Assembly (NCBI GenBank): GCA_963514005.1
Contig: OY740783.1
Coordinates: 40,114,001 to 40,178,000 of the forward strand
Length of the DNA: 64,000 nucleotides
DNA from: Raja brachyura
Lineage: Eukaryota
Direction of reading: 5' to 3'
The notes below the pieces were generated by a model. That model was given only the letters and a program-made list of their open reading frames with translations, was not told the origin of the DNA and searched no databases. Of the stretch, positions 1 to 12,854 are shown one piece after another. Both the position numbers and the translations under genes were made by a program. How positions within the stretch are numbered: the stretch's first letter is position 1; every line of letters starts with the position of its first letter.

Positions 1-548
1 ATTTTATATCAGCATTGAAATAATTTTCAATTCACTTTTCTTGTGTGCCCATTTTCTCTTTTCTGCCTGCCCTTCGATCCCATTATTCCATGTTTCAGAC
101 ACTTCCTACATGCTCAGAATCACAGTTTTAATTACACTGTAATTTGGATTATTAATAATATCAAATGAAACATTGTCATTGATAATAAAACATAAAATAA
201 GAACTAAACGTAACATTTTGGTTTATAGCTATTCTCAAAAATATTCCCATTGAGAGGATCAAGCCAAGCCAAGTTTGCGCATCCTATTTCAAAAGAAAGA
301 TCAATACCCTCAAGGTTACTCTCCAGTATGTTCTTTGGTTCCATCCTTGGCCTATCCTGTCTTCATCAATCTTATTTAATTCCAAAATTATCTGTAAGCA
401 TGATATCAGCTTTCATACAAGCAGACACGAATCACAGCAGTTCATGACAGACAAGACTAATTATTACTCTCCACGAGCAATTGAAAATCACCAATGAAAG
501 TTGCCAGCAAAATAACTTTTGCCCGCAGCTAAACAAAGTGCATGCTGA

Positions 549-869
549 TAGCCCTGTCCCATGGTGCGAGTTCATTCCAAGAGCTCTCCCGAGTTTAAAA
601 AAATATCAAACTCGTGGTAAGCACGATGAATGAACGTAACGGGTATGTTGGAACTCGGGGATGTCTCTTAGCGCTAATGGCAGGCACTCGGGAAGAGTCA
701 CTAACGGCAGGTAAGCACGGGAAGACTCGTGAAGATTTTTCAACATGATGAAAAATGTCCATGAGAGCCCCGAGTACCGACGAGCGGCCATTACCGTAAA
801 TCTCCGAGTTTGAATCAGGGCAAACTCGGGAGAACTCTTGGAATGAACTCGTACCGTGGGACAGGGGAT
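549..869. mobile_element. PIF/Harbinger-like MITE
   Basis: ~45-bp terminal inverted repeats (ccctgtcccatggtgcgagttcattccaagagctctcccgagttt and its near-complement ending gggacaggg). Flanks tga/taa. No coding capacity. Shares the CTGTCCCA terminus with the MITE at 40825. Confidence 0.75.
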
Positions 870-929
870 TAATCATGATCAACAATCAAATTACACTTTC
901 TCACCATCACTCTCATTTTCTAAAATGTC

Positions 930-1297
930 CCAGAGGTTGGGGCGAAATTTGATTAAAGTATATATAATTATGAGAGGTATAGATAGGATAGACAGAACCC
1001 TTTTCATGGGATGAAAAATATCAAATACCAGAGGGCACAGCCTTAAGGTAATTGGGGCAATGTTTAAAGGAGATGTGTAGGGCAAGTTTTTGTTCACACA
1101 AAGCATGGCAAGTGCCTTGAACCCACTGTTGGTTGTTCGGGCAGATACAATAGTGGCATTTAAGAATCTATTGGATTGGCACATGAATATGCAGGGAATT
1201 AAGGTAAATTGATTATCTGCAGGCAGATAAGAGTCCTGGCATCATATTCAGAACAGACTTTGTGGTCTTGTGCTGTACCGTTCTATGTTCCATGTCC
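930..1297 (+). mobile_element. Old CR1 LINE 3' fragment
   Basis: Decayed ORF2 C-terminus (ccagagggcacagccttaagg) and tgtgctgtac…ttctatgttc tail. Confidence 0.7.
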
Positions 1298-1737
1298 CTA
1301 TTTTGTTGAACATAAATACATGGATTGTGTCTCTTACTAGGGCTGTTCAACGTGTAGAAGCGCTGATTCGTTAACTAAAGGAGTGCATAAAATGATAATC
1401 AGGAGGAACCTTCCTTGACCATCTTTGACAATACATAAGACTATATGGGTCAGAAGTCAGTGTTAAGGACTCCCCAAACTGTTTGTTTCATTTGTTTACT
1501 CAGTCTACTGGGTTTATCTTACCAGTAGGGCAGGGCATCCAAGACATTGTGGTTGAGGAGTCTGGCACATTGTCAGTAAGTTATGATTCCATGCGGATGA
1601 CTCAAGGTCAAGTTTGATTTGGCTGTGAGTCTGCTCTTTTAAGTTTAGAAACTGCTCCCCGACGTGGTGAGGATCATGTCGTAAGCTTTGGAGTATTCAA
1701 GTTCAGTGGCCAAATTCAGTGGCCGGTCTTTCAGAAC

Positions 1738-4219
1738 AAGGATAAAACAGTTATAATGGGTGACTTCAATCAACATCTAGATTGGGTGAATCAAATTGGC
1801 AGGGGTGCTGAGGAAGAGGATTTCTTGGAATGTATGCAGGATAGTTTTCTAAACCAACTTAGAGGAACCAACGAGAGACCAGGCTATTCTAGACTGGGTA
1901 CTGAGAAAGGGTTAGTTAGCAGTCTTGTTGTGTGTGGCCCCTTAGGCAAGATTGACCATAATATGGTTGAGTTCTTCATTAGGATGGAGAGTGACATTGT
2001 TAATTCAGAAACAAGGGTTCTGAACTTAAACAAAGATAACTTTGAAGGTATGAGACGTGAATTGGCCAAGATAGACTGGCAAGTGATTCTTAAAGGGTTG
2101 ACGGTGGATATGCAATGGAAGGCATTTAAAGACTGCATGGATGAACTACAACAATTGTTCATCCCAGTTTGGCAAAAGAAAAAATCAGGGAAGGTAGTGC
2201 ATCCGTGGATAACAAGGGAAATCAGGGATAGTATCAAAACTAAAGGTGAAGCATAAAAATTAGCCAGAAAAAGCAGTCTACTGGGGGACTGGGAGAAATT
2301 CAGAGTCCAGCAAAGTACTTAATTAGGAAAGGGAAAATAGATTATGAAAGAAAACTGGCACGGAACATAAAAACGGACTGCAAAAGTTTTTATATATATG
2401 TGAAGAGAAAAAGGTTAGTTAAAACAAATGTTGGCCCTTGCAGTCAGAAACTGGTGAATTGATCATGCAGAACAAGGACATGGCAGACCAATTGAATAAC
2501 TACTTTGGTTCTGTATTCACTAAGGAAGACATAAATAATCTGCCGGAAATAGCAGTGGAACGGGGGTCAAATAAGATGGAGGAACTGAGTGAAATCCAAG
2601 TTAGCCGGGAGGTGGTGTTGGGTAAATTGAATGGATTGAAGGCCGATAAATCCCCAGGGCCAGATAGTCTGCATCCCAGAGTACTCAAGGAGGTAGCCAC
2701 AGAAATAGTGGATGCATTAGTGATAATTTTTCAAAATTCCTTAGATTCTGGAGTAGTTCCTGAGGATTGGAGGGTAGCTAATGTAATCCCACTTTTTAAA
2801 AAAGGAGGGAGAGAGAAAGTGGGGAATTACAGACCAGTTAGTCTAACATCGGTACTGAGGAAACTGCTAGAGTCAGTTATTAAAGATGGGATAGCAGCAT
2901 ATTTGGAAAGTGGTTAAATCATTGGACAAAGTCAGCATGGATTTACAAAAGGTAAATCATGTCTGATGAATCTTATAGAATTTTTTGAGGATGTAACTAG
3001 TAGAGTGGATAAGGGAGAACCTGTGGATGTGTTATATCTGGACTTTCAGAAGACTTTCGACAAGGTCCCACATAAGAGATTAGCATACAAACTTAAAGCA
3101 CATGGTATTGGGGGTTCAGTATTGATGTGGATAGAGAACTGGCTGGCAGACAGGAAGCAAAGAGTAGGAGTAAACGGGTTATTTTCGGAATGGCAGGCAG
3201 TGACTAGTGGGGTACCGCAAGGCTCAGTGCTGAGACCCCAGCTATTTACAATATATATTAATGATGTGGATGAGGGAATCGAATGCAACATCTCCAAGTT
3301 TGCGGATGACACGAAGCTGGGGGGGGGCAGTGTTAGCTGTGAGGAGGATGCTAGGAGGCTGCAAGGTGACTTGGATAGGTTGGGCGAGTAGGCAAATGCA
3401 TGGCAGATGCAGTATAATGTGGATAAATGTGAGGTTATCCACTTTGGCGGCAAAAACAGGAGGGTAGATTATTATCTGAATGGTGGCTGATTAGGAAAAG
3501 GGGAGATGCAATGAGACCTGGGTGTCATGGTACACCAGTCATTGAAAGTAGGCATGCAGGTGTAGCAGGCTGTGAAGAAAGCGAATAGTATGTTGGCATT
3601 CATAGCAAAAGGATTTGAGTACAAGAGCAGGGAGATTCTACTGCAGTTGTACAGGGTTTTGGTGAGGCCACACCTGGAGTATTGCGTACAGTTTTGGTCT
3701 CCTAATCCGAGGAAATACATTCTTGCCATAGAGGGAGTACAGAGAAGGTTCACCAGACTGATTCCTGGGATGGCAGGACTTCCAATATGAAGAAAGACCG
3801 GATAGACTCTGCTTGTACTCGCTGGAATTTAGAAGATTGAGGGGGGATCTTATAGAGGCTTACAAAATTCTTAAGGGGTTGGACAGGCTAGATGCAGGAA
3901 GATTGTTCCTGATGTTGGGGAGGTCCAGAACAAAGGATAAGGGGGAATTCCTTTAGGTCCGAGATGAGGAAAACATTTTTCACACAGAGAGTGGTGAGTC
4001 TCTGGAATTCTCTACCACAGAAGGTAGTTGACGCCAGTTCATTGGCTATATTTAAGAGGAGTTAGATGTGGCCCTTGTAGCTAAACGGATCAGGGGGTAT
4101 GGAGAGAAGGCAGGTACAGGATACTGAGTTGGATGATCAGCCGTGATCATATTGAATGGCGGTGCAGGCTCGAAGGGCCGAATGGCCTACTCCTGCACCT
4201 ATTTTCTATGATTCTATGA
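1738..4219 (+). mobile_element. CR1 LINE, 5'-truncated, ORF2 (end of APE domain + reverse transcriptase) broken by stops and frameshifts
   Basis: Motifs MGDFN, KSPGPD, NYRPVSLTS, YLDFQK(T)[32 protein letters not shown]. 3' stem-loop and (ttctatga) tail. Confidence 0.95.
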
Positions 4220-4277
4220 CTTTCTCTTCATTTGCAAACAGAAAGCATGAAGAATTGGGTTACCTGAACTGTAAAAG

Positions 4278-4512
4278 ATCCAGAGGCTCGAGTTTAAATC
4301 CTACCATGGCAGTTGGGGAATTTAAATTTTGCCAGTTAATAAATCTCATGGAGAAAGAAGAGAACAATGGCAATGGATTTGTCATTAAAAAAAAATCACC
4401 TGTTCACATTGGAAAGATGTGTTCTTGCGTGATATAGCTGTATATGACTCAAGCTGACTGATGTTTCAAGTGTCCTCTGAATTGCCAAAACAAGACGCTC
4501 AGCTATACCAAA
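4278..4512 (+). mobile_element. Ancient SINE-like repeat (related copy at ~32872-33180)
   Basis: gagtttaaatcc B-box-like motif followed by catggcagttggggaatttaaat. A similar decayed sequence order occurs at 32872-33180. Confidence 0.45.
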
Positions 4513-5344
4513 TTAAAATGCTGATGTGGCATTGATATGGGCACTGATCTGAACATGCCAAAAACATAATAAGTACAGTTTACCCTGCAAATTACAAGCT
4601 ACAAAGATTTGGAGTTGTGCCTCAATTGGAAAATCAATCACACAGACATTAAGTAACAGGATGACAGTTACAGAATCACAGCTTTCAGCGAATGATCCAA
4701 TTTCTTTCATCCTTATCTCTGGTTATCAGAAGAGGCATCATCAGAGGGCTGGTACATTTGGGAGAGGAATGGATTGGCGGCTCTCAAACTCGATTCCATG
4801 CCCCATAAACCCTCATGGTATCACATAATGTAACTTGCCATTTGATTACTCTTGAATATCTCCCCTCAAATAAAATATGTACACAGGAACAATTTATGCT
4901 GGATAGGAGTTTTTTTTTTAATCATTTATAGTCCAAAGTGGCTTGATCGCCCTAACACAAAACAAAATCGGCAGAGTTCAGAAGGATTAACCTCCCTGAC
5001 AGGCCTTAGAGTAGATGAGTGAGAACCAACATTCTGGATAAACCTGCAAGATCACTCTACTTGTCACTGATGCAACTGTACTTATTACATGTCAATGAGA
5101 ATTACTATAGATTTATAATTAACTTTAGCACTTCTTGTTTAGGATAAAAAAAACAAGATTACATTTCTGCTTCTTGTGTTAACCAGAAATCAGTGGTAAA
5201 GAACTCCCTAAATATAACATATTCCACACTCCAATAATATCAAGGTTTACACATGAAGCATGGTTAGATGGATTCGTCAGATTCCATGGAAAAGAGTCCA
5301 TATCTTCAAAGAAGAACATTAAAGTTATACAGAAAGCATAAGAT

Positions 5345-6449
5345 ATGGTTTAATTAGAGATATTAGAGGCCATTTAGAACTGAGATGAGGAAAAGCTTTT
5401 TCAGAGAGTTCAAGTTCAAGTTACATTTATTGTCACATGCACCAATTGGTACAGTGAGATTTGAGTTACCATACAGCCAAACGAATTTTTAAAAAAAGCA
5501 CAATACATGAGAGAATTTAACATGAACATCCCCACACAGCAGAATCAATGTTTCCCCACTGTGAGGGAAGGCAATAAAGTTCAGTCATCTTCTTTGTTCA
5601 CCCGTGGTCGGGACCTTTGAGCCCTCCGTAGTCGCTGCTACGGCGGCCAGATGTTCAGGCCCTCTCACCGGGATGATCGGAGCTCCGGCGTCGGCACGGG
5701 AGAACACACACAGCAGCTTGAAGTTTCCGAATCAGCCGCTTCCTACCAGAGACCGCGGCTCCAGAAGTCCACAGGACAAGCTTGGCGGAGCTCCAAAACT
5801 GGCGACCCTCGGCAAAGGATCCCAGGCCTCCACGATGTTAAAGTCAGCGCCGCCCGCGGCTGGAAGCTCTGCAGACCACAGCTCCACGCTGTTAAAGCAG
5901 CTGGCCCAACACTCCGGAGCTCCACACGGCAATCCCCAGTAAAGCATCGCCTACCCCGCGATGGACTCCAGTGCTGCGGCTCTGGCCGGTCTTCAGCAGG
6001 AAAGACTGTGCCAATCCAGATGGTAGACTGCGAGGGGGGGGGGGGGCGAAGATGCGACTCGGAGAAAAGGCGCATCCTCGACCAAGTAGTGACTGGGAAA
6101 CGATTTCTCCTCTTCCCCCTCCCCACCCCCACATAGAAAGACTCCAGGAACATACTTTTTGACAGACAAAATTTTTTTTAAAAGGATGAAGGAACAGACA
6201 AACTGCTGATGAGGCACCACCCGAGGTCTGAGTTGTGAATTTGTGCCTCAGATGGCAGTGGAGGCCAATTCAATGGATGCATTCAAAAGAGAGTTAGATA
6301 GAGCTGTTAGGGATAGCGGAATCAAGGAATATGGGGAAAGGCAGCAACGGGGTACTGATTGTGGATGATCAGCCATGATCACATTGAATGGCGATGCTGG
6401 CTCGAAGGGCCAAATGGCCTACTCTTGCACCTATTGTCTATGTCTATGT
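5345..6449 (+). mobile_element. CR1 3' fragment split by the 5411-6229 insertion
   Basis: CR1 sequence …tcagagagtt resumes as gagttgtgaat… at 6230 and ends with a ctattgtctatgtctat tail. Confidence 0.85.
5411..6229 (-). mobile_element. Non-coding retroposon with GC-rich body and Rex-like 3' tail
   Basis: 5-bp TSD gagtt (5406-5410, 6230-6234). The minus-strand end is catgtgacaataaa followed by (aacttg)n, like the Rex LINE tails in this window. No RT motifs. Confidence 0.7.
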
Positions 6450-7200
6450 ACGAAAACAAAATTTTAATGACACTCAAATAATGACTTTAACAGCAAAATG
6501 CCTATAATTGTATTCACAAAATGGAGTGAGATATTTTACGTAGGTCGACCTAAAATACAGGATATTTTTAAGGTGTCACTTCCTTGATAAAGTGTTTTCA
6601 ATGCACATGAATATCACTATCAGCGACTTTTTCAAGTACAAAAGAATAAGGGCCACGGACACTGATAGAGATATTAAAGATCGTTCCATCTGCTCAGATC
6701 AGATTTCAGCATCGCAGGTCCCATAAAGGTAATAAACTAATTGTATGACGGGAAAGATCTGAGCCTGAAAGCTGGAATTCCCTTCAATGCACAAAGTGTT
6801 ATGTTAAGGATGCAACTGTACCATTTTGAAGGCGCTGTGCACACGGCAGCCAGCCAACAGTAGCTTGTCTTTTTCTTTTTGGTTTCTCTTTAATTTCATG
6901 TTTTTGTGTACCTTGTGTGCTGTGACTGTCGGCAGACCAATTTCGTATCGTATTTGAGAAGCTCTAAAACAAAATCCTCTGTTAACAGACTTCACTGTAG
7001 CACTTCAGATTTAGTGTTGAATGTTGCTCTTGGTAACCTCCCAACTTCTAACTGTTACAAATTTAAACTCATCTACAATCACATTCCCAATATTCAATTG
7101 CAGTTTCACCTGTCCATAATCTCTGTGCTTGCTGATTTACATTGATGTGAAATGTGCCAATATTTAAATGTACAACGTTTTTATCTTCATATTTAAATTG

Positions 7201-8005
7201 TGTAGATATGTGTGTGCACCTTTAACAGTAGTGACGTAGCCCTTGCTAACCATTCCCCCTATCATCTAGTATAACTGTGACCTTCCCACCTATAGCTCTC
7301 CCTCTAGTGTCCGTGACAGACCACGTACAGCTAGGGCAGTGCTGTGTGTGTTTAATTAATAAAGTAGTAGTAAAGATTCATCTGTGTACGCGGCAATTCT
7401 TTACATGGTGTCAGAAGTTTTTTGTCCTGCATCTCCTGTCTATCGGGTTTTGTTTCTTTAGTCCCAGTACCCCCTCCCTGTGTCGCAATGGCTTCTGCTC
7501 GTCATAAACCTGACATCCTGATCTTTGATGCTGACATCGCTCACCGCTGGAGCATTTTCAGACGTGACTTTGAGCACTACGTTACCATCGTTCACCCTGC
7601 GGTTGCCCCCGCAGTCAAAGCCTCTCTCCTGCTCAACTTGGAGGTTCGGACCCGGTCTGGTCGCCTTGTCAAGCCACCAGATCGTTATGGTGATTACGTG
7701 TGATTTTGAGTTCCTGTATTACTGCTGTTTACTCTCCCTTAGCGCATGAGACGTGGTCGCCCTGTCACTGCTTATTGTTTTGTTTTTATAGAGGAAGGAT
7801 GTAGATGATGTGTGTACACCTTTAACAGTAGTGACGTAGCCCTTGCTAACCACTCCCCCTATCATCTAGTATAACTGTGACCTTCCCACCTATAGCTCTC
7901 TTTCTAGTGTCCGTGACAGACCACGTACAGCTAGGGCAGTGATGTGTGTGTTTAATTAATAAAGTAGTAGTAAAGATTCATCTGTGTACGCGCCAATTCT
8001 TTACA
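7201..8005 (+). mobile_element. Miniature Gypsy-type LTR retrotransposon (TRIM-like)
   Basis: LTRs 7201-7405 and 7800-8005 (TG…CA; 6 substitutions + 1 indel). PBS tggtgtcagaagt at 7406, complementary to the tRNA-Leu 3' end. PPT agaggaagga before the 3' LTR. 5-bp TSD aattg. Confidence 0.95.
7488..7703 (+). CDS. 71-aa gag-N-terminus / pol-C-terminus fusion micro-ORF inside the miniature LTR element
   Basis: ATG in gcaATGg context. WxxFxxxFxxY Gypsy gag-like motif joined in frame to RTRSGRxxKxPxRY, typical of integrase C-terminal tails. Expression unknown. Confidence 0.5.
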   Translation: MASARHKPDILIFDADIAHRWSIFRRDFEHYVTIVHPAVAPAVKASLLLNLEVRTRSGRLVKPPDRYGDYV

Positions 8006-8021
8006 AATTGCCTCATCTCGA

Positions 8022-8280
8022 GATGGAAATGGTGCAACAAAGATTTACGAGGACTCAAGGCCCTAAGCTATTGGGAGATATTGGGCAGACTTGGAGGCTG
8101 AGTGGTGACCTAAAAAGAGATGTATAAAATCATGAGGGGAATAGATTTTAAAGACAGTTGGACAGGTACTTGGATAAGATATGTGCCAAATGCAGGCGAA
8201 TGGGACTAGTTTGTTCTAGCCTCTTGGTCGGCATGGACTCGTTGAGCTAAAGGACTTGTTTTCGTGCTGTATGACTATCT
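8022..8280 (+). mobile_element. Internally deleted old CR1 3' fragment
   Basis: gtgcaacaaagatttacgagg…tgtataaaatcatgagggg…gtgctgtatgact. Confidence 0.6.
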
Positions 8281-8778
8281 CCATAGTGATTTTCACCTAT
8301 AAAACAGCCTTTAAACCTTCTGCCCTCTAAATCAGACCTCTTGTGAAAAACCTCTTCCTTCCCCAATATCTTTAGTTGTTGGCACCATATTTTAACATTC
8401 CTGGCTTGAATCCCTTAATTTCCTTTTTAGACAATACTTAAACTCATCTCCTTGATCAAGCTTTTGAACATTCGTCATAATATTACCTTCTTTAGCGTAA
8501 TGGCCAATTACAGAATCAAAGATTGACATATTTCAGGCAATGTCTATTCGGTCGCTTACTGCTCCTCTACAACTGCACCTTAGTTAGGCACAAACAACTG
8601 CCTTTTGCTTGCCATAATAATCCAATTCCCCTTTTGAAAGACATAAGTAAATCAGCCACTACTGCCACAACAGAAGAATACCAAACCCTGTAACCATTTC
8701 AGTAAATCGTTTTTGACATCTTTACCAAAGTCTTTACACTCTTTTTAAAGTGTTGCTGAAAGCAGTGCAATGTTACAA

Positions 8779-11700
8779 ATAGAAACATAGAAAAATAGGT
8801 GCAGGAGTAGGCCATTCAGCCGTTCGAGCCAGTAACGCTGTTCATTATGATCATGGCTCATGATCTAAAATCAGTACCCCGTTCCTGCTTTTTCCCCATA
8901 TCCCTTGAATCCTTTAGCCCTAAGAACTCTTGAAAATATCCAGTGAATTGGCCTTTGCTGCCTTCTGTGGCAGAGAATTCCATAGATTCACAACTCTGGG
9001 TAAAAAAGTTTTTCCTCATCTCAGTCTTAAATGGCCTACCTCTTATTCTTAAACTGTGACCCCTGGCTCTGGACTCCCCCAATATCAGGAACATTTTTCC
9101 TGCATCTAGCCTGTCCAATTCTTTAATAATTTTATATGTTTCTATAAGATCCCCTCTCATCCTTCTCAATGCCAGTGACTACCATCCCAGATGACCCATT
9201 CTTTCATCATATGTCAGTCCCGCCATCCCGATAATTAACTTGGTGAACCTACGCTGAACTCCATCAATAGCAATAATGTCCTTCCTTAAATTAGGAGACC
9301 AAAACTGCACACAATACTCCAGGTGCGGTCTCACCAGGGCCCTGTAAAATTACAGTAGGACCTCCTTGCCCTAAACTCAAATCCCCTCGCATTGAAGAGC
9401 AACATGCCATTAGCTTTCTTCACTGCCTGCTGTACCTGCATGCTTACTTTCAGTGGCTGATGTACAAGCACACGCAAGCCTCGTTGCACCTCCCCTTTTC
9501 CTAATCTGACAGCATTCAGATAATAATCTGCCTTCCTGTTCTTGCCACCACAGTGGATAACCTCACATTTATCCACATTATACTGCATCTGCCATGCATC
9601 TGCCCACTCACTGAACCTATCCAAGTCACCCTGCAGCCTCATAGCATCCACATCGCAGCTCAAATTGCCACCCAGCTTTGCGTCATCCGCAAACCTGGAG
9701 ATGTCACATTTAATTCCCTCGTCTAAATCGTTAATATATATTGTACATAGCTGCGGTCCCAGCACCGAGCCTTCCGGCACCCCACTAGTCACTCCGAAAA
9801 AGACCCGTTAATTCCTACTCTGTTTCCTGTCTGCCAACCAGTTCTCTATCCATATCAATACCCTAACCCCAATACCATGTGCTCTAATTCTGCACACTAA
9901 TCTCTTGTGTGTGACCTTGTCAAAGGCTGCTATCTTTAACAGCCCTATCTGGCTCTCTTGAAAGTATCTAGTGAATTGGCCTCCACCACCCTCTGAGGCA
10001 GAGAATTTCACAGACTCACAACTCTGTGTGAAAAAGTGTTTCCTCATCTCCGTTCTAAATAGCCTACCCCTTAGTCTTAAACTGTGGCCCCTGGTTCCAG
10101 ACTCCTCCAACATCGGAAACACATTTCCTGCCTCTAGCGTGTCCAAATACTTAATAATTTTATATGTTTCAATAAGATCCCCTGTCATCCTTCTGAATTT
10201 CAGAGTATACAAGCCCAGCCACTCCATTCTCTGGAGAATGCTTTCCAAATACTTTCCAAAAGCGCTGCTATAACATTTTTAATTATCTGCTCAACATCTG
10301 CCCCAATACCGATATAAGGCTAACTCGTCTGCAGTATAATTCCCTGCTTTCTCTCTCCCTCCTTTCTTAAAAAGTGGAGTTATATTGGCTACCCTCCAAT
10401 CCACAGGAACTGATCCAAAGTCGCGAGAACGTTGGAAAATGATCACCAATGCATCAACGATTTCTAGGGCCACCTCTTTGAGTACACTGGGATGCAGACC
10501 ATCAGGTCCTGGGGGGTTATCTGCCTTCAGTCCCACCAGCTTACCTAACACCATTTCCTGATTAATGTGGATTCCCTTCAGTTCCTCCCTCCCACTAGAT
10601 CCTCGGTCCCCTAGTATTTCTGGCAGATTGTTTGTGTCTTCCTTAGTGAAGACAGAACCAAAGTACTCGTTCAACTGTTCTGCCATTTCCTTGTTTCCCA
10701 ATTTAAATTCACCCGTCTCTGATTGTAAGGGACCTACATTTGTCTTCACTAATCTTTTGCTTTTTACATACCTAAAGAAGCTTTTATAGTCAGTTTTTAT
10801 ATTCCCCGCAAGCTTTCATACATGCTCTTTTTCCCCCCTCTTAATTAACCCCTTTGTCCTCCTTTGTTGAGTTCTAAATTTCTCCCCGTCTTCCAGTTTG
10901 CTGTTTCCTGACTAACGTATATGCCTTTTCCTTGCCTTTAATACTCTCCTTGATTTCCCTCGTAGGCCACGGTTGAGCCACCTTCCCCGTTTTCGCCAGA
11001 CAGGAATGAACAATTTTTGCCGTTCATCCATGCGGTCTTTAAATCTTTGCCAATGCATCTCCACCGTCAACTATTTAAGTATAATTTTCCAGTCTATCCT
11101 AGCCAATGTCTGTCTCATACCTTCAAAGTCTCCTTTCTTTAAGTTTAGGACCCTAGTCTCAGAATCACCCGTCTCACTTTCCATGCTAAAGCAGAATTCC
11201 ACCTTGCGTCACTGTTGCCCAAGGGGCTTTGCACATCAAGATCACTAACTATTCCTTCCTCATTGCAAAATACTCAGTCTAGGATGGCCTGTCCTCTAGT
11301 CGGTTCTTCTACATATTGGTTTAAAAAACAATCTAGGAAATCCTCCTCCTCAGCGCTGCAATTTGGTTGGCCCAATCTATATGTAGATTAAAGTCACCCA
11401 TGATAACTGCTGTACCTTTGCTACACGCATCCCTAATTTCCTGCTTGATGCTATCCCCAACCTCCCTACTCTACTTGGTGGCCTGTATACAACTCCAACA
11501 AGTGTTTTCTGCCTTTGGCTATTTCGCAGTTCTACCCATACCGATTCTACAGCATCCAAGCTGATCTCGCTCCATGCAATTGCATTAATCTCCTCTTTAA
11601 CCAGCAATGCCACTCCACCTCCTCTTCCTTTCTGTCTATCCTTCCTGAATATCGAATACCCTTGCATGTTTAGATCCAAGCGTTGGTCACCCTGGAGCCA

Positions 11701-12310
11701 TGTCGCTGTAATTCCAACTATATCATACCCTTATCTACTAACTGACATTCAATTCATCCACCTTATTACAAGTGCTCCTCGCATTAAGGCACAAAGCTTT
11801 TGGGTTGGTTTTTCTTATCTCCCTTCTACTTCTGTCCTCCTTTTATGTCCCATCCCCTTAACCTGTTAGTTGAAATATGACCTTTCCTACACTCTTCCTG
11901 TTAACTGGACGCATATGCTTCCACGTTCCTGCCTTCTCCCCATATCCCGACTCCGCTATTTTTTAGAGCTCTATCTAGCTCTCTTGAAAGTTTAAACCCA
12001 CCCGTGTGGCACCAGCAAACCTGCCTGCCAGAATGTCAGTCCCCTTCAATTAAGGTGCAACCAATCCCTTTTGTACAGATCACCCCTAACAGAGAAGAGA
12101 TCCCAGTGATCAAGAAATCTAAATCCCTGCCCCAACTCGTTAGCCATACATTCAGATCCCCTACTGCCCTGTTCCTACCCTCACTAGCATGAGGTACTGG
12201 AAGCAACCCGGAGATAACCACATAGAAGTCCTGCCTTTCACCCTCTGACCTAGTTCTCTATACTTGCATTGCAGATCCTCCTTCCTCTTCTTACCCACGA
12301 CATTTGTGCC
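8779..12310 (-). mobile_element. Near-full-length decayed CR1 LINE (ORF1 esterase remnant, APE endonuclease, RT)
   Basis: VISGLLPVP (ORF1 SGNH-esterase-like) at ~12220. GYSIFRKDR…GGGVALLV…GVVYRPP (APE). PGPDGLHP, GVPEGSVLGP, RFADD (RT). 3' tail at 8779. Confidence 0.93.
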
Positions 12311-12763
12311 ATATAATCACCACCCATATCAACCTAGCATGCTGCAGCAGACTCTTCCACCACCAGGAACGCAACAAAGTTGCTGCTGTCCAGATCATCT
12401 AATTTAAGTTCTTAGTTATTTCAGAAGTTGGCAATGAATATAAACAATGTGAATTCAGAGAATTTATACATCTGACTTTCATTGTGAACCAAGATTCTCA
12501 AACAATCTCCCCATGCATCAGCTCTGTAGTGGCAGATGTTGGTGAAACATTCAACTTAATAAATGAAGTAGGTCTTTCTGGAGAGACAAATTAAGATGAG
12601 CCAAATAGATGCTCTTACCTTTGAGTATTTTACCACTGGAGTTTATTAAATTCCTTCGTAATAATCAGAATTTCTGTATACGGGGTGTTTTTGCAAGGTC
12701 AACCACAGCACATTGCAAATTAATATTGCCACATAAATGTGTAATATTGTTTGATGGAAATAG

Positions 12764-12849
12764 ATCTGATTAAAAATTAAGCAAGAATATGCAGACATAC
12801 CTGTTCCTCAATGAAAATGCATGATTATCAAAGGAAAGCAAAAAGCATT
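12764..12849 (+). repeat. 86-bp direct repeat, copy 1 (copy 2 at 13748-13833), flanking the Hero element
   Basis: Ungapped alignment at offset 984 with 4 mismatches. Confidence 0.92.
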
Positions 12850-12854
12850 TAAAC

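Noticed and set aside
284-391. Possible minus-strand exon after tgcttacag (IILELNKIDEDRIGQGWNQRTYW…)
   Set aside because: All three frames hit stops, the polypyrimidine tract is weak, and there is no resemblance to the expected next FBXL17 exon.
5604-6220. Six overlapping ORFs of 63-161 aa on both strands
   Set aside because: A by-product of GC-rich sequence inside a TSD-flanked repeat; no domain motifs.
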